DNA from: a virus
Lineage: Duplodnaviria > Caudoviricetes
Strand: one strand, 5' to 3'
Virus record (IMG/VR): IMGVR_UViG_3300032321_000458
Location: 1-42,435 of that record
DNA length: 42,435 nt
Below the pieces are notes generated by a model, which was not told the DNA's origin, made no database searches, and saw nothing but the letters and a program-made list of their open reading frames with translations. The position numbers and the translations under genes are program-made. Within the stretch, counting starts at the first letter, position 1. Every line of letters begins with the position of its first letter. Below are positions 19,834 to 29,897 of this stretch, in pieces.

Positions 19834-20484
19834 ATGAAATTAATAAAAGAACACACTGAGACCGTAAAATACTTAGTTGAAGAAAAACTAGGTAAAGGTA
19901 AAGAATACTTCATTGAAGGTGTATTCCTTCAATCGAATTTAAAGAATCGTAACGGACGAATTTATCCAGTAGATATACTTGATAATGAAGTTAAACGATA
20001 TAACGATGAGTACGTTAATAAGAATCGAGCTTTTGGCGAATTAGGTCATCCTGATTCTCCTACGATTAATCTTGATCGTGTATCTCATATGATTAAAAGT
20101 CTTAAACGTGAAGGTGATAACTTCATTGGTAAAGCTAAGATCATGGATACTCCTTACGGCAAGATTGTTAAGTCTCTTATCGATGAAGGTGCAACACTTG
20201 GTGTTTCATCTCGCGGTATGGGTTCTTTAGATCGTAAAGGCGAAGTATCTTATGTTGGTAAAGATTTCACTCTAGCAACTGCGGCAGATATTGTTGCAGA
20301 TCCTTCAGCTCCTAACGCATTCGTTGAAGGAGTTATGGAGTCAAAAGAGTGGGTTATGGTCGATGGAAAATTTGTGGAGAAAGACCTACGTGAAGCTCAA
20401 GCAGTCATTAGAGCGGCTTCAAGTAGAAACTTAGAAGAGCAGAAGTTAAAAGTATTCATGAACTTCCTTGCGAAAATTAAATAA
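19834..20484 (+). CDS. gp21: Prohead protease gp21
   Basis: KNRNGRIYP, GELGHP, GVSSRGMGS and DIVADPSAPNAFV. Confidence 0.96.
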   Translation: MKLIKEHTETVKYLVEEKLGKGKEYFIEGVFLQSNLKNRNGRIYPVDILDNEVKRYNDEYVNKNRAFGELGHPDSPTINLDRVSHMIKSLKREGDNFIGKAKIMDTPYGKIVKSLIDEGATLGVSSRGMGSLDRKGEVSYVGKDFTLATAADIVADPSAPNAFVEGVMESKEWVMVDGKFVEKDLREAQAVIRAASSRNLEEQKLKVFMNFLAKIK

Positions 20485-20485
20485 C

Positions 20486-20493
20486 TATAAATA
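20486..20493 (+). promoter_or_regulatory. T4-type late promoter
   Basis: TATAAATA upstream of gp22. Confidence 0.8.
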
Positions 20494-20531
20494 TTACTAA
20501 TATCTATTAAGATAGAAATAGGAGATTAAGA

Positions 20532-21566
20532 ATGTCAATCGAACAAAAAATTGCACAAATGTTAGCTGAATCAAAAGCTAAAGATACTGCAGAAGAAATC
20601 GTTGAAGAAAATGTAGTAACCGAAAATGCTGGTGATCAAGCTGTTATTCGTACAGCTAAAGACACAATCCCAGCTGAAAGCCCAGCACCTAACGAAGCTA
20701 ATGCTAAGAACAATGCAAAAGATGAAAAAGAAGCTGAAGTTGCTTCTAAGAAACCTAATGCGGCTACAGCAAATGCTCAAGCAGGTGATCAAGCTGTTAT
20801 TCGCCAAGGCGATGCAGTTCCAGCTACGGCAACAGGTTCTGCAATTAACTTTAAAGAAGATGTAGAAGCTTTAGTTAACGGTGAAGACCTCTCAGAGGAA
20901 TTCAAAGTTAAAGCAGCTACAATTTTTGAAGCAGCAATTATTAATCGAGTAAAAGAAGAAGTTACTCGTTTAGAAGAAGAATTCGATGCTAAGCTTGAAG
21001 AAGCTGCAGCACAGAATCAAGAGGGTCTTGTTGAAAAAGTTGATGGATACCTCAGCTACGTAGCTGAGCAGTGGATTGCTAATAATGAAATTGCCCTTGA
21101 AAGTGGTATGAAGTCAGAAATCTTAGAAGGCTTCGTTTCTGGTCTTAAAGGCCTATTCGAAGAGCATTATATCGATATTCCAGAGGAAAAATTTGATATA
21201 TTAGGTGCTCAAGAAGAAGCGATTGCTGAACTTCAAGCTAAGTTAGATGAACAAGTTGCAGCTAATGTTGAAATGGCGAAAGTTATCAACGAAGCTACAC
21301 GTGAGTCTATCATTGCTGACGGTGCAGAAGGTCTTGCTGAAACTGATAAAGAAAAATTCTTTGGTCTTGCTGAAGAGTTAGCTTTTGAAGATACGCAAAC
21401 TTTTGAAACTAAGGTTAAGACAATTCGTGAAAATTATTTCACAAACAAGGCATCAACAATCGTTGATTCTGTAGTAACAGATACTCCAATTGAAATGATC
21501 GCAGAAGAAAAAGCTGTTGATCCTTCAATTAAGAGATATATGTCTGCACTCAACAACATTAAATAA
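20532..21566 (+). CDS. gp22: Prohead scaffold gp22
   Basis: LSEEFKVKAATIFEAA, VDGYLSYVAEQW and LFEEHYIDIPEEK; AGDQAVIR is duplicated internally. Confidence 0.93.
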   Translation: MSIEQKIAQMLAESKAKDTAEEIVEENVVTENAGDQAVIRTAKDTIPAESPAPNEANAKNNAKDEKEAEVASKKPNAATANAQAGDQAVIRQGDAVPATATGSAINFKEDVEALVNGEDLSEEFKVKAATIFEAAIINRVKEEVTRLEEEFDAKLEEAAAQNQEGLVEKVDGYLSYVAEQWIANNEIALESGMKSEILEGFVSGLKGLFEEHYIDIPEEKFDILGAQEEAIAELQAKLDEQVAANVEMAKVINEATRESIIADGAEGLAETDKEKFFGLAEELAFEDTQTFETKVKTIRENYFTNKASTIVDSVVTDTPIEMIAEEKAVDPSIKRYMSALNNIK

Positions 21567-21578
21567 GGAAAAAATAAA

Positions 21579-22895
21579 ATGACAATTCGTCAAGACTTAG
21601 TAAAAAAATGGGAGCCGATCTTAGAGCATAAGTCACTTCCAGAAATCAAAGATAACTACCGTAAGGAAGTTACTGCAATTCTCTTGGAAAACCAAGAGCG
21701 CGAAATGAAAAAAGGTGCTGAGGCTCTTTTCGAAGCAGCTCCAGCTAACTCTGGTGGTTCTGGTATCGCTTTAGGCGGCGCTGGTGATTCAACAGGTACA
21801 GTAGCTGGTTTTGATCCAGTTCTTATCGCATTGGTTCGTCGTGCTATGCCACAAATGATCGCTTACGATATCGCTGGCGTTCAACCAATGACACAACCAA
21901 CTGGCTTAATCTTCGCAATGAAGTCACGTTACACAACACAAGATGGTACAGAAGCTTTATTCAACGAAGCTGATACAGCTCACGCTGGTGCTACTGGTGC
22001 TGCTCAATCTGGCACAAACCCATTCAATGACAACGTTATCGGTGGTATGTCAACAGCTACTTCAGAACAATTAGGTTCTACACCTGCTGACTTCCATTCA
22101 ATGGCTTTCTCAATTGAAAAAACATCTGTAACTGCTAAAACACGTGCACTTAAAGCTGAATACTCAATCGAGTTAGCACAAGACTTGAAATCAGTTCATG
22201 GTTTAGATGCTGAAGGCGAATTAAGCAACATCCTTTCAACAGAAATCTTAGCTGAAATCAACCGTGAAGTTATTCGTACAGTTTACTACGGTGCTAAAAC
22301 GGGTGCTCAATATGGTACAGCAACTGCAGGTACATTCGACTTAGACGTTGACTCTAATGGTCGTTGGTCTGTTGAAAAATTCAAAGGCTTATTGTTCCAA
22401 ATCGAACGTGAAGCTAATGCGATTGCTCAACAAACTCGTAGAGGTCGTGGTAATTTCATCATCTGTTCATCAGACACTGCATCAGCATTGGCTATGGCAG
22501 GTGTATTAGATTACGCTCCAGCTCTTTCAACATCATTAAATGTTGACGAAGCATCTACAACTTTTGCTGGTGTTTTAAATGGTAAGTACAAAGTTTATGT
22601 TGATCCATATTCTGGTGGTAATAATCCATCTGCTTCTGGTTCACAATTCTTCGTAGTTGGTTACAAAGGTACATCAGCATTTGATGCTGGTTTATTCTAT
22701 TGCCCATACGTTCCTCTCCAATTGGTTAGAGCTGTTGATCCTAACACATTCCAACCAAAAATTGGCTTCAAGACACGTTATGGTATCGTAGCTAACCCAT
22801 TTGTTAACTTAGACGATAGCAATTCAGATAACAACGTTATCGTAGCTAACAAAAACTACTACTACCGTAAGGTTGCAGTAACAAACTTAATGTAA
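21579..22895 (+). CDS. gp23: Major capsid protein gp23
   Basis: GVQPMTQPTGLIFAMKSRY, RALKAEYSIELAQDLKSVHGLDAE and FQPKIGFKTRYG. Confidence 0.98.
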   Translation: MTIRQDLVKKWEPILEHKSLPEIKDNYRKEVTAILLENQEREMKKGAEALFEAAPANSGGSGIALGGAGDSTGTVAGFDPVLIALVRRAMPQMIAYDIAGVQPMTQPTGLIFAMKSRYTTQDGTEALFNEADTAHAGATGAAQSGTNPFNDNVIGGMSTATSEQLGSTPADFHSMAFSIEKTSVTAKTRALKAEYSIELAQDLKSVHGLDAEGELSNILSTEILAEINREVIRTVYYGAKTGAQYGTATAGTFDLDVDSNGRWSVEKFKGLLFQIEREANAIAQQTRRGRGNFIICSSDTASALAMAGVLDYAPALSTSLNVDEASTTFAGVLNGKYKVYVDPYSGGNNPSASGSQFFVVGYKGTSAFDAGLFYCPYVPLQLVRAVDPNTFQPKIGFKTRYGIVANPFVNLDDSNSDNNVIVANKNYYYRKVAVTNLM

Positions 22896-22923
22896 TAAGA
22901 TCCGTAAGGACGATACATTGTAG

Positions 22924-22949
22924 AAAAGGGAACTTCGGTTCCCTTTTTT
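22924..22949 (+). terminator. Rho-independent terminator after gp23
   Basis: AAAAGGGAAC-TTCG-GTTCCCTTTTTT with a cUUCGg tetraloop. Confidence 0.92.
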
Positions 22950-22955
22950 ATTGCA

Positions 22956-22963
22956 TATAAATA
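22956..22963 (+). promoter_or_regulatory. T4-type late promoter
   Basis: TATAAATA ending 4 nt before ATG 22968. Confidence 0.65.
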
Positions 22964-22967
22964 ATTG

Positions 22968-23381
22968 ATGAAGATATTAATTATGGGTTTATCTGGATCA
23001 GGCAAAAGTACCTTATCTAAATCTCTTAGGGTTATGCTTAAATCATGTGAATGGTTTAATGCTGATGCTATTAGGAGTATTCATAATGATTGGAACTTTA
23101 GCGCTAAAGGTAGAATTAGGCAAGCGCATCGTATTACTAAACTTGCTAATCAAAGTTCAGCAAAATACATCATAGCAGATTTTATTGCTCCAACTCAAGA
23201 AATCAGAGATATATTTAAACCAGATATATTGATATGGATGGACACTATTCAATCATCCAAATATTCTGACACAGATATTATATTTGAACCTCCGTTAGAA
23301 TATGATTTGAGAATAACTAAAAAAGACGATGATATTGCAAAAACCGTATATAGTTATATAACTGATAAGAGTTATAAATAG
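22968..23381 (+). CDS. Adenylylsulfate kinase (CysC)-like P-loop kinase
   Basis: GLSGSGKST P-loop, NADAIR, DWNFSAKGRIRQA and FEPP. Confidence 0.7.
   Translation: MKILIMGLSGSGKSTLSKSLRVMLKSCEWFNADAIRSIHNDWNFSAKGRIRQAHRITKLANQSSAKYIIADFIAPTQEIRDIFKPDILIWMDTIQSSKYSDTDIIFEPPLEYDLRITKKDDDIAKTVYSYITDKSYK
23373..23380 (+). promoter_or_regulatory. T4-type late promoter
   Basis: TATAAATA upstream of gp3. Confidence 0.7.
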
Positions 23382-23405
23382 TATATAACATAAGGAATTA
23401 CAAAT

Positions 23406-23969
23406 ATGGCCAATCCAAATTGCCCAATACCTAATAATATTAATCCATTACAACCTACTGGATTTCAACTAGCTATTACAAAATTACCAGAAGTAACATT
23501 CTTTTGTCAGACTGCGGTTATCCCTGAAATAATGATTGCTCCTGTTGATATGGGTACTCCGTTCTCAATTAATAAAATACCTGGTGATAGGATTACCTTT
23601 GGTGAATTTACTATTAGTTTTTTAGTAGATGAAAATATGACCAACTATATGTCAGTGTGGAATTGGATGATTGGTTTAGGATTCCCTGAGAACTACACAC
23701 AGTACCAAGACTTATTAACTTCTAGCCAAGTAACCACTCAGGCAGGAACTGGAAATGTATTAGCTCCTCAATTTGGAACATTGCAAGGTAATTATTCTGA
23801 TGGTACATTGCAAATATTAGGTAGCAATAATATGGCAGTTAGAACAATTCATTTTGTTGACTTACACCCAATTTCATTAAGTACATTAGAATTTAAAGCT
23901 AATACACCTGATGTTCAGTATCTAACTGGATCAGCAACGTTTGGTTATACATATTTTAATTTACTTTAA
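23406..23969 (+). CDS. gp3: Tail completion / tube terminator gp3-like
   Basis: NPLQPTGFQLAITKLPEVTFFCQ and FLVDENMTNY...WMIGLGFPE; position before uvsY. Confidence 0.8.
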   Translation: MANPNCPIPNNINPLQPTGFQLAITKLPEVTFFCQTAVIPEIMIAPVDMGTPFSINKIPGDRITFGEFTISFLVDENMTNYMSVWNWMIGLGFPENYTQYQDLLTSSQVTTQAGTGNVLAPQFGTLQGNYSDGTLQILGSNNMAVRTIHFVDLHPISLSTLEFKANTPDVQYLTGSATFGYTYFNLL

Positions 23970-23988
23970 TAGCAGTTTATGATATAAT
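23960..23988 (+). promoter_or_regulatory. Early/middle-type promoter upstream of uvsY
   Basis: TTTACT-TTAA..., 17-nt spacer, TATAAT. Confidence 0.75.
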
Positions 23989-24014
23989 ATATTTTTGAAT
24001 ATTGTGAGATTATT

Positions 24015-24452
24015 ATGAATATTGATGAAATACAAACTATGTGGGATGCAGATTGCCAGATGAGTGATAATCATCTTGGTGAAGAAGCAACTAAATCTGC
24101 TTTACTACATTCAAAATACATTAGACTTATTACTCAAGTTAAGTTAAAGCTTACTAAAGCTAGAGCTGACTATAATATCCTACGTAAAAATAAATTTAGG
24201 TACTATAGAGGCGAACTTTCTAGAGAAGAGTTACTCCAATTAGGTTGGGATCAATACCAACTTATCAAACCATTAAAAAATGAAATGGATGAAATACTCC
24301 AAGGTGATTCAGAATTAATTAATTTAAATAGTAAGATCGAATATCTTGAAACTATGGGATATCTATTAGAGTCAATCTTAAGTCAGATAAAGGCTAGAGA
24401 TTGGCAATTAAAAACTGCAGTTGAATGGAAGAGGTTCCTAGCTGGAATGTAA
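24015..24452 (+). CDS. uvsY: Recombination mediator UvsY
   Basis: LHSKY, RYYRGEL and ARDWQLKTAVEWKRFLAG. Confidence 0.9.
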   Translation: MNIDEIQTMWDADCQMSDNHLGEEATKSALLHSKYIRLITQVKLKLTKARADYNILRKNKFRYYRGELSREELLQLGWDQYQLIKPLKNEMDEILQGDSELINLNSKIEYLETMGYLLESILSQIKARDWQLKTAVEWKRFLAGM

Positions 24453-25945
24453 TGAAATTAACAGTTGAAAAAATATCTGAAGTCTATATAAGAGTCTATG
24501 GAGATGCTTCATGTGAACAAGAGCTAGAAGCATTCTTTACATATGAAGTTCCAGGTGCTAAGTTTACTCCAAAATTTAAAGCTAGATTATGGGATGGCAA
24601 AGTTCGTTTATATTCTCTTATTCGTAAAACTCTTTATGTAGGTTTATATGCATACTTGGTAGAATTTTGTAATAGAAATGGATATGAATTAACATTTCAA
24701 GCTAATGATGATTTTAATAAGATTATTGAAGTAGAAGATATATCAAAAAATCAAATAGATGAATATGTTGAATCACTAAACTTATATGCTAGAGGACAAC
24801 CCATTCCTGCTCGTGATTATCAACTAGAAGCAATCTATCATGCAGTAAGTAATAATAGAACAGTATTACTATCACCAACAGCTTCTGGTAAGTCGTTTAT
24901 GATTTATTGTTTAATTAGATATCATTTAGAACATAATAGAAAAACTATTGTGGTAGTTCCAACAACCACTCTAGTTGAACAAATGTATTCAGACTTTGAA
25001 GATTATTCAACCCATAATAATTGGTTAGTAAAAGATAACTGTCAAAAGTTATACTCAGGTTTTACTAGAACAGTTACATCAAATGTTCTTATTACTACAT
25101 GGCAATCAATCTATAAACAACCAAAAGATTGGTTTGCTCAATTTGATGTAATTATCGGCGACGAAGCCCATCAGTTTAAAGCAGCTTCATTAGTCACAAT
25201 CATGGAAAGAATGCAGCATGTTAAGTATCGTATTGGTACTACAGGTACTATTGACAATAAGAAACTTAATCAACTTACACTGGAAGGTTTATTTGGTGCT
25301 GTTCATAGGGTTACTACGACAAAAGAATTAATGGATTCCGGTCGAGTAGTTCCAATTGATATTAATTGTTTAGTACTACAATATAAAGATGAAGTTAAGA
25401 AAGCTTGTAAGGAACATGATTATAATGCTGAAATGCAATTCATTATAGCTAATGAAGATAGAAATAGATTTATTTGTAATCTAGCTATTAACTGTAAAGG
25501 TAATACATTAGTTCTGTTCCAATATGTTGAGAAACACGGAGCTATCTTATTTGACTTAATAAAGAATAAAGCTCCTGATAAAAATGTCTACTTTGTTCAT
25601 GGTGGAGTAGATACACTAGATCGTGAAGATGTTCGTAAGAATACTGAGTTGGGTGATAATACTATCATCGTGGCTTCCTATGCCACATTCTCGACAGGTA
25701 TAAATATTCCTAGTATAGAGAATATTATTTTTGCTTCTCCGACTAAGTCTAAGATCCGTAATCTCCAATCTATTGGTAGGGGATTAAGACTTAAAGAAGG
25801 TAAGAATCATTTAAAACTATTTGATATCTCTGATAATTTACAATACAAATCAAGAAGAAACCATACTTTGAATCATTTTATTGAACGTGTTAAGATATAC
25901 TCAGAAGAGAAGTTCGACTATAAAGTTCATGAGGTAAAAATTTAA
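24452..25945 (+). CDS. uvsW: DNA helicase UvsW
   Basis: WDGKVRLY, SPTASGKS, DEAH and QSIGRGLR. Start placed at the TAATG overlap (24452). Confidence 0.95.
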   Translation: MKLTVEKISEVYIRVYGDASCEQELEAFFTYEVPGAKFTPKFKARLWDGKVRLYSLIRKTLYVGLYAYLVEFCNRNGYELTFQANDDFNKIIEVEDISKNQIDEYVESLNLYARGQPIPARDYQLEAIYHAVSNNRTVLLSPTASGKSFMIYCLIRYHLEHNRKTIVVVPTTTLVEQMYSDFEDYSTHNNWLVKDNCQKLYSGFTRTVTSNVLITTWQSIYKQPKDWFAQFDVIIGDEAHQFKAASLVTIMERMQHVKYRIGTTGTIDNKKLNQLTLEGLFGAVHRVTTTKELMDSGRVVPIDINCLVLQYKDEVKKACKEHDYNAEMQFIIANEDRNRFICNLAINCKGNTLVLFQYVEKHGAILFDLIKNKAPDKNVYFVHGGVDTLDREDVRKNTELGDNTIIVASYATFSTGINIPSIENIIFASPTKSKIRNLQSIGRGLRLKEGKNHLKLFDISDNLQYKSRRNHTLNHFIERVKIYSEEKFDYKVHEVKI

Positions 25946-26394
25946 TGCAAAATGACAGATATGTCGTTATGAAATTAATCTCTGGAGAAGAGATATTATC
26001 TCATCTTGTATATGAGGATGACTATGAAGTGCGAGTACTATTTCCAATGGCAACCAGAACCGTTGCTAGAGTTACTGCTCGAGGAGAGACTGAGAATATA
26101 GTCCTATCTCCATATACTTATTTTTCTGCTGATGACGAGTTTACTTTTCAAAAACAGCATTTAATATTTCTTAAGGATATGGATCCTAAACATGAGATTG
26201 ATTATAATACTGCTATTGATGAGTTTATAGCTATGTCGGCGGCAAAGGCCCAGCCTTATGACCCGGACGAACTAAAGAACCTGACTGAGAAACTACAGAA
26301 TTTGTTTAAGGATCGTTTACCTAAAGAAGATAATTTTGATGACATTGAAGAACTACCATCCATTAGAATAGATTCATCTAAAACCATACATTGA
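25945..26394 (+). CDS. Conserved T4-like hypothetical protein after uvsW
   Basis: N-terminal KLISGEEI motif, also present in ORF 39039-39347. Confidence 0.6.
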   Translation: MQNDRYVVMKLISGEEILSHLVYEDDYEVRVLFPMATRTVARVTARGETENIVLSPYTYFSADDEFTFQKQHLIFLKDMDPKHEIDYNTAIDEFIAMSAAKAQPYDPDELKNLTEKLQNLFKDRLPKEDNFDDIEELPSIRIDSSKTIH

Positions 26395-26413
26395 TGATAA
26401 ACCCAGTACAGTT

Positions 26414-26442
26414 ATAATACCACAAACCAGATTTAATGTACA
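26414..26442 (-). promoter_or_regulatory. Antisense-oriented copy of the early/middle promoter motif
   Basis: Minus strand reads TGTACA-TTAAATCTGGTTTGTGG-TATTAT (17-nt spacer, TGn extended -10). Confidence 0.55.
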
Positions 26443-26518
26443 ATTATTTTTCACAAAGTAATTTCATTTTATTGAGTGTTTAATATACAATTGATTTATA
26501 TTATAGAAAGTGACAAAT

Positions 26519-27073
26519 ATGACTGAAAAGAAAAAACCAGTCCATTACGTGGACAATGCTCTATTCCTAGAGACTATCCAAAAATACCAAAAAGATTGTA
26601 GAGAAGCAGAATCATGCGGTGATCCAAAACCGCAGATTCCTAATTATCTTGGCGAATGTATTCTTAAGATTGCTACTAAGTTGGCTAATCGCCCAAACTT
26701 TATTAACTATTCTTATAAAGATGACATGATCCTTGATGGGATTGAGAATTGTATTATGTATTTTGATAATTTTAATCCAGAAAAATCTAAAAATCCATTC
26801 TCATATTATACCCAGATTATCTATTATGCTTTTCTACGTAGAATTGATAAAGAAAAGAAACAATCTTATATTAGAGGTAAATTAATTAGAGACACTACAA
26901 TAGAATCTTTTGAAACCCAAGATTCAGACAATAGAGAAGACTTTCAAAATTCTTATATTGGATTCATGCAACAGCATGGAACCTTTGATGAAACATATGA
27001 AGAACGCCGTAAGAAGAAAAAGAAAAAGTCTCATGTATCCTTAGACGAATTTATTGAGACTCCTAATGAGTAA
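26519..27073 (+). CDS. gp55: Late transcription sigma factor gp55
   Basis: HYVDN, RPNFINYSYKDDMILDGIENC and NPFSYYTQIIYYAFLRRIDKEKKQ. Confidence 0.95.
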   Translation: MTEKKKPVHYVDNALFLETIQKYQKDCREAESCGDPKPQIPNYLGECILKIATKLANRPNFINYSYKDDMILDGIENCIMYFDNFNPEKSKNPFSYYTQIIYYAFLRRIDKEKKQSYIRGKLIRDTTIESFETQDSDNREDFQNSYIGFMQQHGTFDETYEERRKKKKKKSHVSLDEFIETPNE

Positions 27074-28124
27074 GATTGTATTTCTTGGTGATACCCATTT
27101 TGGAGTCCGTGGAGACTCCTTAAAGTTTCATGCATACATGAAGAAGTTCTACCATGAGGTATTATTTCCTTATATGCAAGAAAACAACATCAAAGTTATC
27201 TATCAACTGGGAGATCTATTTGATCGTCGTAAGTTTATTAACTTTAATACACTGGCTGAATGTAAAGATTACTTCTTTGATGAACTAAAAGCTAGAGGTA
27301 TCCAGCTTATTACCTTATTAGGTAACCATGATATCTTTTGGAAAGAATCATTATCAGTTAATGCGCAATCTTTAATTTTAGGGGAATATGATAATATAAC
27401 AATTATTGATAAGCCTACAAGAATGCATGAAGATAATGCTTCAATAGATCTTATACCATGGATCTGTAAAGAAAATGAAGAAGAGATATCTGAGTTTGTT
27501 AATAATTCAAAATCTGATTTATGTATAGGACATTTTGAGTTTGCAGGATTCCCTATGTATAAGGGAATGGTATCAGAACATGGAATATCTAAAGATGCTT
27601 TTGCTAAGTATGAAAGAGTTCTTTCTGGACATTATCATACAAGATCAAAGGAAGAAAATATTGAATACATCGGTACTCCTTATGAGATGACATGGCAAGA
27701 TGCATACGATCCAAAAGGATTTGCTGTATTTGATACTGAAACAAGACATCTAGAACTTATAGATAATCCACTAACTATACATGAAAAGATTATGTATGAT
27801 GATAAAGAAAAAGATCCAATTGATTTAAAAAATATTAATATAAAGGATAAATACGTTAAATTAGTTGTAGTTAATAAAACAGACTTATATAAGTTTGATC
27901 GATTTGTTAATCAACTATATACAAAAGAAGCTCATGAAATTAAAATTATTGAAGATATGTCAGAGTTTACCGAAGGATCCATCGACTCTGAAATTAATCT
28001 CGAAGATACTCTTAGTATTCTTGGTGATTATATTGATTCCGTCGAAACGGAAGGAAATAAAGAAGATATTAAAACCTTTGTAAAGAGTTTATATATTGAG
28101 GCAATGAATTTGGAGGTTGTTTGA
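27066..28124 (+). CDS. gp47: Recombination nuclease subunit gp47 (Mre11/SbcD-like)
   Basis: GDTHFG, GDLFD, GNHD and SGHYH phosphoesterase motifs. Confidence 0.95.
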   Translation: MSKIVFLGDTHFGVRGDSLKFHAYMKKFYHEVLFPYMQENNIKVIYQLGDLFDRRKFINFNTLAECKDYFFDELKARGIQLITLLGNHDIFWKESLSVNAQSLILGEYDNITIIDKPTRMHEDNASIDLIPWICKENEEEISEFVNNSKSDLCIGHFEFAGFPMYKGMVSEHGISKDAFAKYERVLSGHYHTRSKEENIEYIGTPYEMTWQDAYDPKGFAVFDTETRHLELIDNPLTIHEKIMYDDKEKDPIDLKNINIKDKYVKLVVVNKTDLYKFDRFVNQLYTKEAHEIKIIEDMSEFTEGSIDSEINLEDTLSILGDYIDSVETEGNKEDIKTFVKSLYIEAMNLEVV

Positions 28125-29839
28125 TAGTATTTAAATATATATCATGGAAGAACTTTTTATCTACAGGCAATACAGCTAATAAAGTAGATCTTAATAAAGA
28201 TCCAACTACTTTAATTGTAGGTAAGAACGGTGAAGGTAAGTCGACTATTCTTGATGCTTTAACATTTTCTCTATTTAATAAACCATTTAGAGATGTTAAT
28301 AAAGGTCAGTTAGTTAATTCAATCAACCAGAAAAATTGTGTGGTTGAGATAGAGTTTTCTATTGGTACTACTGAATATAAAGTTATTCGCGGTATGAAAC
28401 CTAATATCTTTGAGATCTATCAAAATGGTAATCTCATTAATCAAGATTCTGCATCTAAAGATTATCAGTCTGTTCTTGAACAACAAATATTAAAATTAAA
28501 CTATAAAACATTTACTCAAGTTGTTATACTAGGATCTGCTTCGTTTGTTCCATTTATGCAATTACCGTCAGGCCAAAGACGAGAAGTTATCGAGGATATC
28601 CTTGATATTAAGATATTCTCGACTATGAACAGTCTACTTAAAGAGAGAATAACAGAAACTAAGGAAGAAATCAAATCTCTCGATACTGATTTAAGAATTA
28701 TAACTGAGCAAGCCAAGTCTCAAAAAAGTCTAATAGATTCTCTTCAAAACTCTAAAGATCATAATGTAAAAGTCATTAAAGATAAAATTGATTCTAATAT
28801 AACTGAGATTAATGATAAGACTCATATTGTAGATATCTTGAATAAAGATGTGGAAGAACTTAATCAAAAATTATCTACTAAGTCAGATGTTGATAAGAAT
28901 ATAGAACTATGTAAGACTAATATGAATAAGCTTCAGCAAAAGATGAGTCAAGCTGATGAACATATTGAGTTCTTTACCGGCAATCAGACCTGTCCATCGT
29001 GTGAACAAGGTATCCAACACGAGCATAAAGATAAGATTGTCCAAAAGATCTCTCATGAAAAACAAGAACTTAATAATGGTATATCAACATTAAATTCAGC
29101 TTATACTAAATTGAGTCAAGATCTACAAGACAAACAAGATTTATTAAAACAAATTCAAGATAAGAATATTCTTATATCAACTGAGATATCAGGAATGAAT
29201 TTACTTATTAAAGCAAACAAAGAATACGAAAAAGAAATAGGTGAGATGTCTATTCAAGGTAATATTGAGGCTGAAAAAGAAACTCTAAAGAACCTTGCCA
29301 ATGAAGCATTAGAAAAGAATAATGTTAAGATGGAATATATAAAGCAGAAAAATCTACAGGATATCGCTTCAGTTCTATTAAAAGATACCGGTATCAAGAC
29401 AACTATTATTAAAGAATATCTACCTGCCATGAACAAACTTATTAATAAGTATCTGTCAGCTATGGATTTCTTTGTTAAGTTTGACTTGGATGAATCATTC
29501 AATGAAAAGATTAGGTCTAGGTTTAGAGATGAATTTACCTATGCCTCATTCTCTGAAGGAGAAAAGATGAGGATCGACTTGGCTATTCTCTTTACATGGA
29601 GACAGATTGCTAAAATGAAGAACTCGGTTAATACTAATCTTCTTATTCTTGATGAGATCTTTGATTCTAGTCTTGACGTGGCTGGTACTGATTATTTCTT
29701 ATCAGTCATGAATCAACTTGGAGAAAATTCTAATGTCTTTGTTATATCTCATAAAGGAGATGTTATGGTAGACAAGTTTAAGAATAATATCCGTTTTGAA
29801 AAGACTAATGATTTTAGTACAGTAGTACAAAACTCATAA
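28121..29839 (+). CDS. gp46: Recombination ATPase subunit gp46 (Rad50/SbcC-like)
   Basis: GKNGEGKST, CPSC zinc hook, FSEGEKMRIDLA and LILDEIFD. Confidence 0.96.
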   Translation: MIVFKYISWKNFLSTGNTANKVDLNKDPTTLIVGKNGEGKSTILDALTFSLFNKPFRDVNKGQLVNSINQKNCVVEIEFSIGTTEYKVIRGMKPNIFEIYQNGNLINQDSASKDYQSVLEQQILKLNYKTFTQVVILGSASFVPFMQLPSGQRREVIEDILDIKIFSTMNSLLKERITETKEEIKSLDTDLRIITEQAKSQKSLIDSLQNSKDHNVKVIKDKIDSNITEINDKTHIVDILNKDVEELNQKLSTKSDVDKNIELCKTNMNKLQQKMSQADEHIEFFTGNQTCPSCEQGIQHEHKDKIVQKISHEKQELNNGISTLNSAYTKLSQDLQDKQDLLKQIQDKNILISTEISGMNLLIKANKEYEKEIGEMSIQGNIEAEKETLKNLANEALEKNNVKMEYIKQKNLQDIASVLLKDTGIKTTIIKEYLPAMNKLINKYLSAMDFFVKFDLDESFNEKIRSRFRDEFTYASFSEGEKMRIDLAILFTWRQIAKMKNSVNTNLLILDEIFDSSLDVAGTDYFLSVMNQLGENSNVFVISHKGDVMVDKFKNNIRFEKTNDFSTVVQNS

Positions 29840-29842
29840 CAG

Positions 29843-29871
29843 TTTACATTAATTCTTTTTTATAATATAAT
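29843..29871 (+). promoter_or_regulatory. Early/middle-type promoter
   Basis: TTTACA-TTAA..., 17-nt spacer, TATAAT. Confidence 0.75.
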
Positions 29872-29897
29872 GTTTTTAGTTGTGTTATGGAGGAATT

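Noticed and set aside
20628-20803. Near-identical 23-nt direct repeat (GCWGGTGATCAAGCTGTTATTCG) as CRISPR-like or mobile-element repeat
   Set aside because: Only two copies, in frame within gp22, encoding AGDQAVIR; it is a protein-level duplication.
12431-22895. Introns, inteins or homing endonucleases in terminase, portal or capsid genes
   Set aside because: The ORFs are continuous and of normal length, with no intein, HNH or GIY-YIG motifs seen.
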